Below, one piece after another: positions 31,675 through 43,668 of a DNA stretch of 64,000 nucleotides. The notes under the pieces are model-generated. The model had not been told where the DNA came from, ran no database searches, and saw only the letters and a program-made list of their open reading frames with translations. Location of the stretch: contig JAIVFI010000004.1 of the NCBI GenBank assembly GCA_025558095.1, positions 372,001 through 436,000 of the forward strand, in the 5' to 3' direction. Position 1 is the first letter of the stretch; each line of letters starts with the position of its first letter. The position numbers and the translations under genes were made by a program. The DNA comes from Hyaloraphidium curvatum SAG 235-1. Lineage: Eukaryota > Fungi > Monoblepharomycota.

Positions 31675-32626
31675 ATGTCCGGCATCGCCGCCTGGAAGTC
31701 CGACGCCGCGGCCAACGTCCCGCGGATCGCGTTCGACGGCTCGCGCCGCCGTCGCATCTTCCTCATGCGGCACGGCGACGTGTCTTACGTCAACCCCGAG
31801 GGCTCCAGAGTTTCCGACTCGAACGCCGTCCCCCTCACCCCCTGGGGCCGCGAACAGGCCACCGCGACGGGCAAGGCGCTCGCCGGCGTGTCGTTCGACA
31901 AGGCCGTGTGCTCCACGTTGCCGAGGACTCGCGAGACGCTGGAATGCGTGCTGGCGGGACAGAGGGAAGCCGGGCACACGGGGAAGCAGCCCGCGATCGA
32001 GCAGAGGACGGAGCTGGTGGAAGTGCAGGTCGGGATCACTTTGCTGCCGGCACCGCGATTGGCGAAGGGCTGATAGAAGGGGCGTTCCTCGGCAGGGAGG
32101 GAAGCACCGGCCCGTGATGTCTCCCGAGGAGGCTTTGTACGACTTGGCCTACGCGTTCCGCCACGCAACGGAGCCCGGGGCCTCGTACCACGGAGGGGAC
32201 GTGTTTGCGGACCTGTACAAACGCGTGGAGGGGTGGGTCAGCGAGCTGCTCGCGGACGACGGCTGGGAAACGGCGCTTGTGGTTGCGCACGGGGGAATCA
32301 ACCGATTCGTGCTGAGCTGGGCGATGGGCGCGGCGGACCTGAGGGCGTTTGCGTCCTGGGATCAGGTGGGGCTCTTTGAACAGTGGCGGGGTGTCGAATC
32401 TAATCCTTGGGTGCAGAACACGTCTTGCTACAACATTATTGACGTCGACCAGGCACCATCGGACGACTTCAAGTCGGGTGACAAGACGTACAGCAAGGGC
32501 GGCGTGGTCCGCAAGAGCCTCCGTGCCATGAACGTCACGGCCTTCGATCTGGCGAAAGAAAAAGACTATCTGACGTCGCTGGAGCAGATCGCGACAAAGA
32601 TGAAGAACCTCGGCACGAAACACTAG
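31675..32626 (+). CDS. Histidine phosphatase / phosphoglycerate mutase family protein, 3 exons
   Basis: IFLMRHG, PLTPWGREQA, STLPRTRET and LVVAHGGINR. Confidence 0.9.
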
Positions 32627-32656
32627 ATTATGTCCGGGCTATAGACGTAGATCGCC

Positions 32657-33908
32657 CTATTCAGACCAGGCAAAGTGCGTCCACTTCCCCAATGGCAGCA
32701 GCACCTTGCGCAGCTTGGAACCCTCCCTGTCCCCGAGCGCCTTGACCCCCGCCTCGCTTTCCACCCCGCGGCAGTTGCGCAGGTTCAGGTACTCGAGCTC
32801 GGCGCACCCACCGAGCGCCGCGACGCCGGCGTCGGTGACGTCCGTCCCGCCGGCGTCGAGCTCGGCGAGGTCGGGGCAGCCCGCGGCCAGGAGGCGCAGC
32901 GCGTCGTCGGAGATGGGGGTGGATTGAATGTGCAGGACGCGCAGGCGGCATGGGATGCCCGAGGCGCGGCGGCCGGCGAGGTAGGCGTCCCATGCATCGT
33001 CGCCTACGGAGGTGTTGCCTGCGTACAGCCGGGCGAGCTTGGGGCACGCGGCGGCGAGCGGTGCGAGGGAATCGACGGCGCGGCAACCGGAAATGTCAAG
33101 AATCTGGAGCTCGACGGGGTGCGCCGAAGCAAGGATGGCGGGGAAGGTCGGGAGTATGGAACGGCAGGATGCCAAGACCAGCGCCGTGAGGGCGGGCATT
33201 TGGGGCCTGTGGACGCCTGGAGGCGAAAGGGCACCGGAAATGCCGTCGCAGTGGGACAGATCGAGGTGGGTGAGGTCTGCGGCAGCCAAGTGAGAGGCGA
33301 CTCGCGAGGAGTCGTCAAGGGAACCCACGGTGCCCGCAGGCGACGGCCACATTAGCCACGATTTCGTCGTCCAATAGCTTGTATATCCCCTGCGTGCTGG
33401 TCGTGCCGCTGGCGGCGACCCCGCGGCCGAGCGACACCACACGAGGGGCGCGTCCGGCCCGGCGCAGGAGAACCACAAGGGCGTCCCGGGTCTCGAGCCT
33501 CCGCTCCCGCGACAGGTCCAGGATCCTCCACAGCGAGGCGTCGAGCGCCAGCGCGTCAAAGTCTTTGCACACGCGGCGGAGCCGAAGCAGCCGCACGGGG
33601 TAGAAGCGCGGCAGCGGCGAGGGGACGAGCGACCGCCTGCCGCGCGCATCGCGCTCCGAGGCGGCCGGGTCGCACGCGGCGAAGAAGAGCACGCGCAGGA
33701 GCACCTCGTGCGGCAGCGCAAGCAGCGCGGAGCCGGCGGCGTCCCCGTCCGCAGTGCCCCGCGCACCCTCCGCGGTCCCCGCGTCGCCGAGCACGCTCTC
33801 CAGCGTCGGCCGGGGAAATCCCGCCGCGGCGTCACCCTCGCCGTCGCCGTCGGCCTCCGCCGGCTGGAGCAATTTCGCCCAAAGCGCCGGCGCAGCATTT
33901 CGGATCAT
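32657..33908 (-). CDS. F-box / leucine-rich repeat protein
   Basis: LLALPHEVLLRVL..LRRVCK.F..LA.D.SLWR.LDLS, followed after an intron by cysteine-containing LRRs (LTHLDLSHC, LQILDISGC, LAELDAGGT). A further upstream exon is possible. Confidence 0.85.
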
Positions 33909-34579
33909 CTGTAAATACGGATCGGTGTTATGGCCGTTTGGGCAAAGCTTGCCCACCCCAATTTCCGCGAACGAAACGCTTGCCTAACTGCAACCGCACT
34001 CACCCCGTAACCGTTGGAGCGAGAACCAGCTAACCGGCGCGAAAGTTTCATATTTGCCGCTTTCTTTTTGCCGCCGTGGGGTGTGTGGGACGAAACACAG
34101 TGGTTTGCTGCTGGGTCTCGTTGACCGGGTGCCCCTCAGCGACGGCCAGGAAGACTGCTCAAGGCGCTGCTCAGCAGGCCTGGGTACGGCGAATGCAGTC
34201 TGCACATTGTTTTGGGATATGTACGCGGACCAGTGAGGCGCTGTAATCCGAGAACCGCGGGTTGAGCCCAGCACGGTGCTTTGGGCCTCCCGCCCTCGGC
34301 AGTTTTGCAAGCAGACAACGGAACAGATACATAGAGCGCATCAAATATGAAACATTTCCGGGTATTTCCTATTGGTTCCTGCTTTTGCCGTGGCCTGGGG
34401 GATGGGAGATTCGGCGCCCAGTTTTGTGTGCGGGGTGGGGCCGGGTGGGCAAGCTTTGGAGAAACGGCAATAGGTTGGCGTCGCGCGGACTCGCAGCGTC
34501 ACAGCTGTCTGACTCACCTCAATAAGTCTCCCGTTTCGCGACCGAAGCGAGTCGCGCCGTATCTGCACCGCCAGCTAGA

Positions 34580-35061
34580 ATGTCTGGTTGGTGCATTTCG
34601 CGGCCGGCGCGGCGGGACGTACTCTGAATGTGCTCTTTGTCCCCCAGCGAAACCCGTCACAACTGAAACTCCGAAGGCTCCGTCCTCGGCGGAGAAGAAG
34701 GAAGAACAACCGCCGCACGTCCTGGACATGCAGGGCTACGAGTGGGGCATCAATAAGGGGGTGAGTTGCTCGCACTGCCGTAGCGTGGGCCGAGCGTGAC
34801 ACTTCGTCCCTCGCCTCCTCCGCGCGCCGCTTGGCCGCCTCGTGCTCCTGCTCCTCGCCACCGCTGATCAGGGCATGGCCAGCGGCCCCGTGGGCCACGA
34901 TACAGTGGCACACAAGGACATGTCGTTCGGCTTGAACAAAGGAGGGATGGCATCCGGGCCCGTGGGGACGTTCCCGTGCTTCTTTGCGGAAGCTACTGAC
35001 ATTGTTGCCACAGGTGGGCCACGACACCGTTGCCGGACACGAGGAGATCTCCAAAAAGTGA
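34580..35061 (+). CDS. 85-aa microprotein with two G[IL]NKGGMASGPVGHDTVA repeats, 4 exons
   Basis: Exons 34580-34586, 34648-34760, 34872-34961 and 35014-35061 total 258 nt in frame. Splicing completes both repeat copies. Confidence 0.75.
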
Positions 35062-35132
35062 TGGCTGTCCTTGGCGTTGGTGGAGGAATGGACTGCAAGA
35101 GTGCGACGAGGATACTGCGGACGTCTATCTCT

Positions 35133-37334
35133 CTACATTTTTTCGAGCGGCTCAATACCCAGGAGCATCATGCCCGTCTTCATGGTGGCCAGCGTGGCCT
35201 TGCACAGGCGCAGCCGCGACGCGCTGACGTCCTTGTCCACGCTCTCGCCCAGCACGCGGCAGTCCCGGAAAAAGTCCGAAAACTTGCCCGAGAGGCCGTA
35301 GATGTACTCGCACAGCTTGTGCGGGAGCAGGTCCACCTGCACGTCGACGATCACCTCCTGGAAGCGGCAGAGCTCGACTGCCAGAGCCATCTCGGAGCGG
35401 TGCGTGAACAGGAAGGCCTTGTCGTAGTCGGCCTCAGGGTACGCGAGCACGGCCTCCACGTTCACGTCCTCCTCGGCGGCCTTGCGGAAGATGGACTCGA
35501 TCCGCGCGTGCGCGTACTCGAGGTACACCACCGTGTTGCCGTCGGCGCTCAGCATGCGCTCGTACGAGAAGCCATAGTCCTGGTGCCGGTTCTGCTTGAG
35601 GTCGTAGTACTTCATGCCGCCGTACCCGAGGATCGACGACGCGCGCTCGATCTCCTCGGGCGTCAGCTTGGGCCGGCCCGACTCGGCGTCGGCGCCCTCG
35701 GCCTGGTACGTCTTGACCACGCGCTCCTTGGCCTCGTCCAGGACGTCCACCAGGCGCACGCTGTCGCCGCTCCGCGTCTTGAGCTTCTTGCCGTCCTCGC
35801 CCAGGATCACGCCGAACCCGGCGTGCTCCACCCGCGTCACGGCGGGGTCGTACCACCCCGCGAGGCGGCCGGCGCCAAAGATGAGGTCAAAGTGCAGACC
35901 CTGGCCCTGGTCCACGACGTAGACGAGCCAGTCGCCCCCGAGGTCCGTGAGGCGGTACTTGAGCGCGGCCATGTCCGTGCTGTCGTACCCGTACCCGCCG
36001 TCCGACTTGACCAGCATCACCGGGACCTCCTGCCCCGGGACGCGGATGATGAGGGCACCGTTGTCGACCTCGCAGATGCCCTTGTCCTTGAGCTCCTGCA
36101 CCACGGCGGGGATCTTGTCGTTGTAGAACGACTCGCCCAGCAGCTCCAACCGCTTGTCGACGCCCAGGCGCTCGTACACCTGGTCGAACATCTTGGCGCT
36201 CGCCGCCACCATCCGCTTCCAGAAGGCGATGTTCTCGGGGTCCAGTGCCTGGAGCTTGACCACCTCCTGGTGCGCGCGCTTCTTGAACCCCTCGTCCGCG
36301 TCGAACCGCTTCTTGGCGTCCCGGTAGAATGTCGTCACGTCGCGCAGGCTCGCGTCCAGCTGCTCGTCCGTCACCTTGCCCTCGGCGAGGAGCTCCTTGA
36401 CGTGGGCCAGGAGCATCCCGAATTGGGTGCCCCAGTCGCCGACGTGGTTGGCCCGCTGCACGATCTCGTGGCCGCAGTACTCCAGGATCCGGGCGAGCGC
36501 GTCGCCGATGATCGTCGAGCGGAGGTGGCCGATGTGCATCTCCTTGGCAATGTTGGGGGAGGAGTAATCGATGACCACGCGGCGCTTGTGGTCGCCGGGG
36601 ATCAGGGTGGGCTTGACGCCGTGGCGGACGGTGTAGCCCAGCCGAGATTTAAGGTAGTTGGTGGCGAGGTAGATGTTGATATAGCCCGGGCCCGAGGCGG
36701 CGAGCTTGCCAATCATGAAATGCGGGCCCTTGGCCTCGATCGCGGCAATGACAGCCTGGGCCGCCGCCTGGGGCGACGCGGGTATCGGGCCGAGGTCCAC
36801 AGCAGGCGCAGGTGCAGGTGTGGCCGGGTCGGGTTCCGGCGCGGGAGGTTCCGGTGCGGGAGGTTCCGGTGCCGGTTCGGCATCCTTGGCATCGCCTTTG
36901 CCTGACAAAACGGCATAGTCAGCTCCTGAAGCTGGATCAACCCGGGCTCACGCTCATCGCCCCCGAATGGCAACGAAAACATCACGAAACCGCCAAGCCT
37001 TAACCCAAGAAGCCCCTCGCCGTCCCCGAAGCGTCTACGCACCCTTTTTCTTCTCTTTTTTCTTCTTGTCGCCGGCAGCGCCCCCGGCCGCGGTCTTCAG
37101 GCGGTTGAAAACGGCGAACGCCGAATTGCATTGGTACTGGTGGTCAAATTTCGGGTCTTCCACGAGCGCAATGACGGCATCGCCCTGGCCCAGCGCCCGG
37201 GCCTGCGGGAAGGCGGTGTGGATGGCGTCCGTGAAGAGACGCGTGAGCTCCGCCAGGATCGACACGGTGTTCTGCTCCGTGTCCGACGGCGACAGCGGCG
37301 CTGCCGTGGGATACGATGGCAGGCTCGTGGCCAT
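35133..37334 (-). CDS. RARS: Cytoplasmic arginyl-tRNA synthetase, 2 exons
   Basis: YQCNSAF, GPGYINI, VVIDYSSPNIAKEMHIGHLRSTIIGD, NHVGDWGTQFGML, KSDGGYGY, KKLKTRSG and GNTVVYLEYAHARI. Confidence 0.97.
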
Positions 37335-37500
37335 GGCGGCTGCGCGGCCGGCGTAGGCGCGAGAGTCCGGGGAGAAGAAGGTGGGAAGGAGAGAAACGGC
37401 GGACGGCGTCGGTCGCAGGAAGCCCCGGCAGGCAAGCGGCGGGAAGCCAATCGTCCGATGAATGAGCGCCCTGCCGACGAAACAGATCCGATCCAGCGTG

Positions 37501-37680
37501 CGCTCGTATGCTGCTCCACTAGCTGTTCGCGCACAAACGTGGCTACACACATATGGAATGCTACTTGCCACCAAAAAGGCGGTCCTCTCGGACTCCACCT
37601 CGATCAAGCCCACAATCGGGCACAGGCGAGGGCTCGCACCACCCGCCAATTTGTAGAGAAGAAAGATAAGAAGACCCACG
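37501..37680 (-). ncRNA. Candidate Fanzor omegaRNA (scaffold at element end, guide read from flank)
   Basis: Lies between the Fanzor 3' end and the transposon terminus. Several hairpins, including AGGTGGAGTCC-GAGA-GGACCGCCT (37577-37600). Boundaries are inferred. Confidence 0.5.
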
Positions 37681-37795
37681 GCCGGGGCCGTCCAGCCTGA
37701 CCTTCTTGGCAGAGCCGCGTCCCCGCGCCACCGCACCAGGACGCTTGGGCACGGTGGGAACGGATCCGGTCTGAAGAGTGGTGCCTGCAACGCCA

Positions 37796-40700
37796 TCAGC
37801 TCACACGCTCCAAAGCGAGCAAAATCAGCGTACCAGCGGACTTCGCGGCCGGCTTCGACGGCTTGCGCCTCCTGGTGTCAGGCTTGAACGGCCAGGGGCG
37901 CTCGCCACCGGTAGCGATCGCGAACCAGAACAGGTACCCGATGGACCGACAGCTGTTGACGTCCCTCATCCAGTACGTGCGACAGGTCGGGCAGTACTTG
38001 GCGCCCCGGATCTCGCCACGGCACCCGGGGTTGGTGATGGGGACAACGTAGGTCGTCAGGCACCTGCCGAGAGGGCGATCAATGCCGCGAAATCAGGCGC
38101 GAAGTACGAGGGAAAACTCACTTTGAACACATCTGGCTCGTCAGGTACTCGTTGATCAAAACGAGGATTCCAACGGCCGCGAGCGCGGCCCTGAACTGCA
38201 CAATCCGAGAAGCCGGACCGCCCTTGCTTGCGTGACCAAAGCGGGCGGCGCCATAGGCGAAGGTGGTCTGGGAATCGAACTTGCCCGAGTACGGGTTGCG
38301 ACACAGGTCGCGGGCGATCCAGTCGAGCACCTGCCGACGCCTCCGGATGGTACGGACGCGGTCGCGGCTGCAAAAGAAGGCGTCAGGAAGGCTGCATCCC
38401 AATCACGCAGGCTGGCCGTGAACAAACCATATCTCATCATTGCAGTAGAACTTGACGACGGAGCAGAGCTCCTTCGTGATGGCATGGGCGTACTTGCGAA
38501 ACTGCTCGCAGCTCGTCGTCCGCTGCGAAGGCAGTGCCGATTCCCAAGCCTCGATTGTCAGGCCGGAGGGGAGGGTGTGCGACTTGCGCAGCGACGCCAG
38601 TTTCCTAGAAGCGTGCTGGTAACCACACATCCGGCGATCGAGGTCCCCAGGCACGCCGAGAATGAGCTCCGGAAGCTGGCGGACGCCGGCGCGCCCAAAG
38701 CCGGCGATACCACCCCAGAACCTGTCCCCGTCGGCATCGGACCCGCCGTCGGGGTTGGGGAAAAGCGTCCAGTTCCGTTCGGCCTTCCGCAGCTTCTCGT
38801 CGCGGTTCGCATGCCCGCGGTTGGTCGGGCGGTGAGCCGAGAGCTTGGCGGCGCCGTCCGGGTGGTGTCGGCAGCGGATGTTGCGCGGCGCCGCCTGCGT
38901 CGCCCGCGCAACGCGGGCCGTCTCGTCGCAGGAGTGTTCGAGCCGGATGTCCTTGATGCGGCCCGCAGAGATGCACCCCTTGGGCACGTTGGCGCGCACA
39001 AGAATGTATGTCGATGTGGTGCCGTCCGGGTTGGTGACGACGATCTTCTCCGAAAGCTCGGGTAGGTGGGTGTTGGCGAAGTCGAACCGTCTCCCCGGGC
39101 CGGGGTCCAGGCAGCGGGCCACAAACGCGGGTGCAAGTCGTCGACCGCCCTGCATATAGAACCAGCGATTTGGATCGCAAAAGACAACGCCACCAGAAAC
39201 GGGAAGGCCCCGTTGGGCGGCATCCCACATCTCCTCTTCCGTTGCCATTGTTAGGAAGTGCGGCATTAGCTTCTCCGCGTCCGCCTTCCGGCTAAAGTTG
39301 TAGCACGGTATAGAGGTCTTCCAGTCAACAGGCGGACGAGGTATCGATGAGCACGTAGAGCGAGGGTGCGGTGGGAGAGGAGCGGAGGTTGGAGGCTGAG
39401 CAGGGGCAGGTGGAGAAGAGGGCGGAAGCGGAGAAGATCCTGCGGCACCCACAGGCGAGGCCGTCGGGATGGGAAGAGGAGGCGGAGGAGCGAGGGTGGG
39501 AGTGAAGGAGGATGGAGACTCGGAAGGTACCGATGTGGAGGAGTTCGGTGATGTTGCGGGTGGGGGTTCGGGGGGGATGGAGGCGGGAGGCGGGAGCCCG
39601 ATCCAATCCTGATCCACGTCCATCCACGTGAAAGGAGTCGAGTCGGGATCTACCAGCAAGTGCTCGGCATCGTCGGTAATGGCGGGCGGGGGGAAGAAGA
39701 CGGTCCCGCCAGCATGGAGCCAGCCGTGAGCTTGAAGATGAACACATCAGCAGCGCTGAGTGCAGCGGCAAGGATGACATACCATCAACGACGGCCATGC
39801 CCGGCGGGGGGTCCGGAGCACCGTGCGGAAGGGTGGGCACGAGGACCGCGGGCATCCCGAACGAATCTTGGGCCGAAAAGTCGTGCCAGTGGGCGTGCTG
39901 TTCTGGCTCCGTACACTCCCAACACGGCTCGGGCGATGGCGCGCTGAGGAAGACTGTTGGGAAGCAGGTTAGGCGCGGAAGCTCCGATGAAAGAACGGGG
40001 ACCTACAATCCAAGGGCGGCGTCACTTTGGGCTCAGATTCCGTCCACTGCTGCTGCGGTGCCTTCGGCTTCGAAGCCCTGGGCACGACGGCCATTGTGCT
40101 CCTCGACAATGGCAAAGGTTGGGCCACGAAGAACCATGCCAGCAATGCACGAGCAGTGCAGCGCATCGCCCGACCGGCGAAGGGTCGGCCGTGAGGCGTC
40201 CGCGTGCCCTGCCGGGGAGCGCTTCCCCTCCTGATGGAGGCGGAAAAGACGCTCGTCCTGAACAATTTTGTTGCCATTGTTGAACAGGTGTCCAAACAGG
40301 TAATCGGGGTTGATCTTGGCCACGTCCGGTGCCAAGGGGCCGAGCTTAACACCGAGCATCTTGAAGAGGTCGGGCAGATCGCTCGCGGTTATGTACAGGG
40401 CTATGGGGGTGAGGGAAATCCTGGTCAAGAGCGGCCGGATCCCGCCCGCGGCCCAGGTCCCTCCGGTGGTGCCGCCTTGGGTCCTTGACTGCTGTTGTTC
40501 ATGAAACGTATCAGAATGACGACCTCACCACGGGAGAGAACGCGTCACCCACGCTCTTCTCCCCGCTCCCTCCGGCCGCGCTGGACCATCGGCGAGCCGC
40601 CACACGTGACTTCCCCAATCGCTTCTTCACCTTGCCCTCGGGCGACAGCGGCGCCCGCTTCTTCCCCGTCGTGACGTAGCCATGGAATCGCTTGGGTGCC

Positions 40701-42974
40701 CCGTTCTTCGGCCACGGCTTGGGGTCCACTCGGATCGGTCGGCCCTTTTTCGACTTCTGCTTCCCGCCGCCGATCGTGGGGAAGTCGTCAGCAGCCTCAA
40801 CATTGCCGTCTTCCGAGTCGGAGCATTCCATGTCCGCGCAAAGCAGGTCCACGGCGGCACTTCCGCGGAACAGAGTCGCAGAGGGTCCACCACCCTCCGC
40901 CTCGTTCGCAGGGTCAACGTCCATTGCGGCCTCGGTGGTGAAGCTGGCGGCGACGCGCCGAGCGCTGTCCGCCGCACTCGATGATGAAGGTGTCGGTGTC
41001 GAGCTTTGCGGCAAGGCCGTCGGGCTTGGTTCAGATCCGGTCGAGGCAACGCTTGACGATCGCCGCATCTTGAGCCTCGCGATCTGCTCCTCCCGCAGCC
41101 GCATAGTCTGAAAGAGAGCCTCGGAGCCAAACGCGTCCGCGTCCGCGCATTTGCCCGTCTGCGCGAGGCGAAGTTCAGCTGTGCTCAGCTGACGCGCCCT
41201 CTGCCTCTCATCGAGCAGCTCCCTCTCGTAGCGCTGCAACAGCGCCTCCTTGTCCAGGCCCTCCGTCCACTCCGGCCCCCAAAAGCGGCTCTTTGTGGGG
41301 TGGATGCCAACCCCCTGCACGGAGGGGATCTCGACGGGGATGCCACGCAACTGCAGCTTGTCAGCCACATACGTCTCGACCAGTTCGTGCCGCTCCTCCT
41401 CCTGCAGTTGCCTGATCGCTTCAGGCGGCATCCGGCGGAGCTCGGCTTGGGCCCGGTCGCGCAGATCCAGCAGGTACGCCGCCTTTGCGTCCTCCTCGTC
41501 CTGCGACTTGCCGCGCGCCTTCTGCGGCGATATGGCGACGCTGCGGATACGCGTCGCCATCGCCGACCGCTTCAGCTCCACGTCCCGCTTCCTCAGCGAA
41601 AGCATCACGCGCTGTAGGACAGTCGCTGGCCATTTTGGCCGGTCGCGGGGCTCCCGCAGGTCCATGATCGTATTCAGCGAGCGTCCGGATAGCGGCAGGA
41701 GTAGCCAGGTCAGGCGAAGCCGAGCCTCCGCGTCAAACTCGGGGCTGCAGCCAAAGGCCGCGAAGCTGGTGCCGAAAAAGTTCGTATCACCCGTCCCGAG
41801 CTTGGCCAGCACGCAGCGCAAGATGTGGCCAATCTTTTGCCGCTTCACGGCGTTGTCCAGCTCCTCCTTCAGGAAGGTGCGGATCAGGTCCGAAAGCTCC
41901 TTGCGCAGCTGGATGGGGACGGTGCGGAGGCGTCCTGCGGCAAGATTCCTGAAGTAACCGAGCAGCGGGCCGCGCAGCAGGTAGTGGTGCCAGTCGGCAA
42001 ACTCGGAAGCCAGGTCCGGCCTCAGCTCGTGGTAGGCGTCGGTGACTACCGCCCGCAGAACCGCAGCCGCCGCGTTATGCTCCTCCACGGAGAGGGTGCC
42101 GGGACCGTCAAAAACCTCGCCGTCGTCGGCCATCCCGTCGCCACCGAAGCCGGCGCCCAGAGCTTCCAGCACGTGTTCAGGTCCGTCGGCTTCCCCCTCG
42201 CCGGCCAGGAAGTCCGCGAACCCGGCGTATTCACCGAAATCTCCGCCCTCCTCTTCTTCTTCCCCATCTTCGGCAGCGGGCTCGTCATCGTCCTCCGCCA
42301 ATTCCGTGACCGTGCCGAGTCCCGCGCCAGTTGCGGTGATCTCCACGCCCGGATCCGTGCCGATGTCCCCGCGCGGCTTCTTCCTCCGGCGTGTGCCTGC
42401 GTTGGCGTTTAGCGCCCCCTCGTTCAAAACCACCAGCATCGCCATGTTCGCTACGACGGAAGGTGGGAACTTGCGCAGGATGGCAGGGGGAACGGAGCGG
42501 TTGTCCAGCAGACCGTTGTATACTGCCAGCATCGCCGAGGTCCAGACGAGCTTTGCAAAGGACGCCGCACCGGTTGCGGCGCGGGAAATGAGCAGCCCCA
42601 CGCTCTTGAGCGGCTCGATCGCCCAGGGGTGGAGGGCCTCCTCGGGCAAGAACCAGGTTGTCGACATGGCGCGCTCGGTCACGTGCCGCTCGTGCTCCGC
42701 ATCCCCGACGGCCTTGTACGCATTCTCCGCAGCTTGCCGCAAAGCCGGCCGGCATCCTCGCCGGTGTCCCCGGGTTGTCGACAGGCAGAGGTGGCACCTG
42801 GGCTCCTTTGCCGCGCAACCTTCGTCCTTCGCCCCGTCTACGTCCATCGCCGTTGCTCCGGCGGCAGCACTCTCCGCTTCCGTTGCTTGAGTGCGGCAGG
42901 CGTGCGGCACAATGTAGTTGACCTGGGCGAGCAGCAGTCCGCGCCGTGATGTGAAGGCCCGGGGGATGACGAGG
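37796..42974 (-). CDS. Fanzor (eukaryotic TnpB-like RNA-guided RuvC nuclease), multi-exon
   Basis: RuvC-I CLDPG (D 39105-39107), bridge-helix region FY...R..RRRRQVLDWIA, AYGAARF..SKG, RuvC-II LINEYLTSQMCSKC (E 38148-38150), zinc finger CPTC, RuvC-III WMRDVNSCRSI (D 37961-37963) and RPWPF. In-frame introns 38368-38427 and 38064-38121. Confidence 0.88.
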
Positions 42975-43668
42975 CTGGGACAGCGAGGATGAGTAATGAC
43001 CCCGTGTGGATCTCTTGCGGAGACCTACTGGAGAGGAGCATCTGCATGCTGGGTTTCCACGTGTTCCCGGTACTTGGCCTCGAACGCAAACGTGACACGC
43101 CTGCCGTCTTTGCGGCAGATCTGGCACGTAAAGTGCTTCCCCGCGACGTGATGCCCGAGCCGCACGCCAGCGTCGTACTGGCGCTGATCCGACGACTTGC
43201 CGGCCGTAGCGCCGTTCGCGTCCTTTCTCTTCCGCTCCGGGTTCCGAGCCGGCACCCGGCCCTCGACCGCCACTGTGAAGGGACAATAAAGGCATCCGAG
43301 GGAACAGATGTCGACGCGCTTGGCGTCAAAGGCCTTTTCGAGCGCGTCCAACTTCAGGTGGAACGCGACGCTCGCGCGACGGGCGGCGTCGCTGACAGGG
43401 TTCACGAGCGAATCGAACCCCCAATAGTCCAGCAAATGGTCGCGCATCGGGTGGCCAGAAAAGATCAACTCAAACAGGACCGAGCGCCCCTCCTCTCCGT
43501 GCACAGCAGCCAAAGCCTTGTCGAAGAACGAGCCGAGGTCCGCGTCCGCCCTTTCGCTCACGCCTCTTAGCCCCTTCGTGGGCTGGAAGATCTCGTAGAA
43601 GGTCAGCGGCTGCGAGGAGTGCACCGTCAGCCCAGAATGCTGGAGCTGGAAGCCAGAACGTTGCTCAC

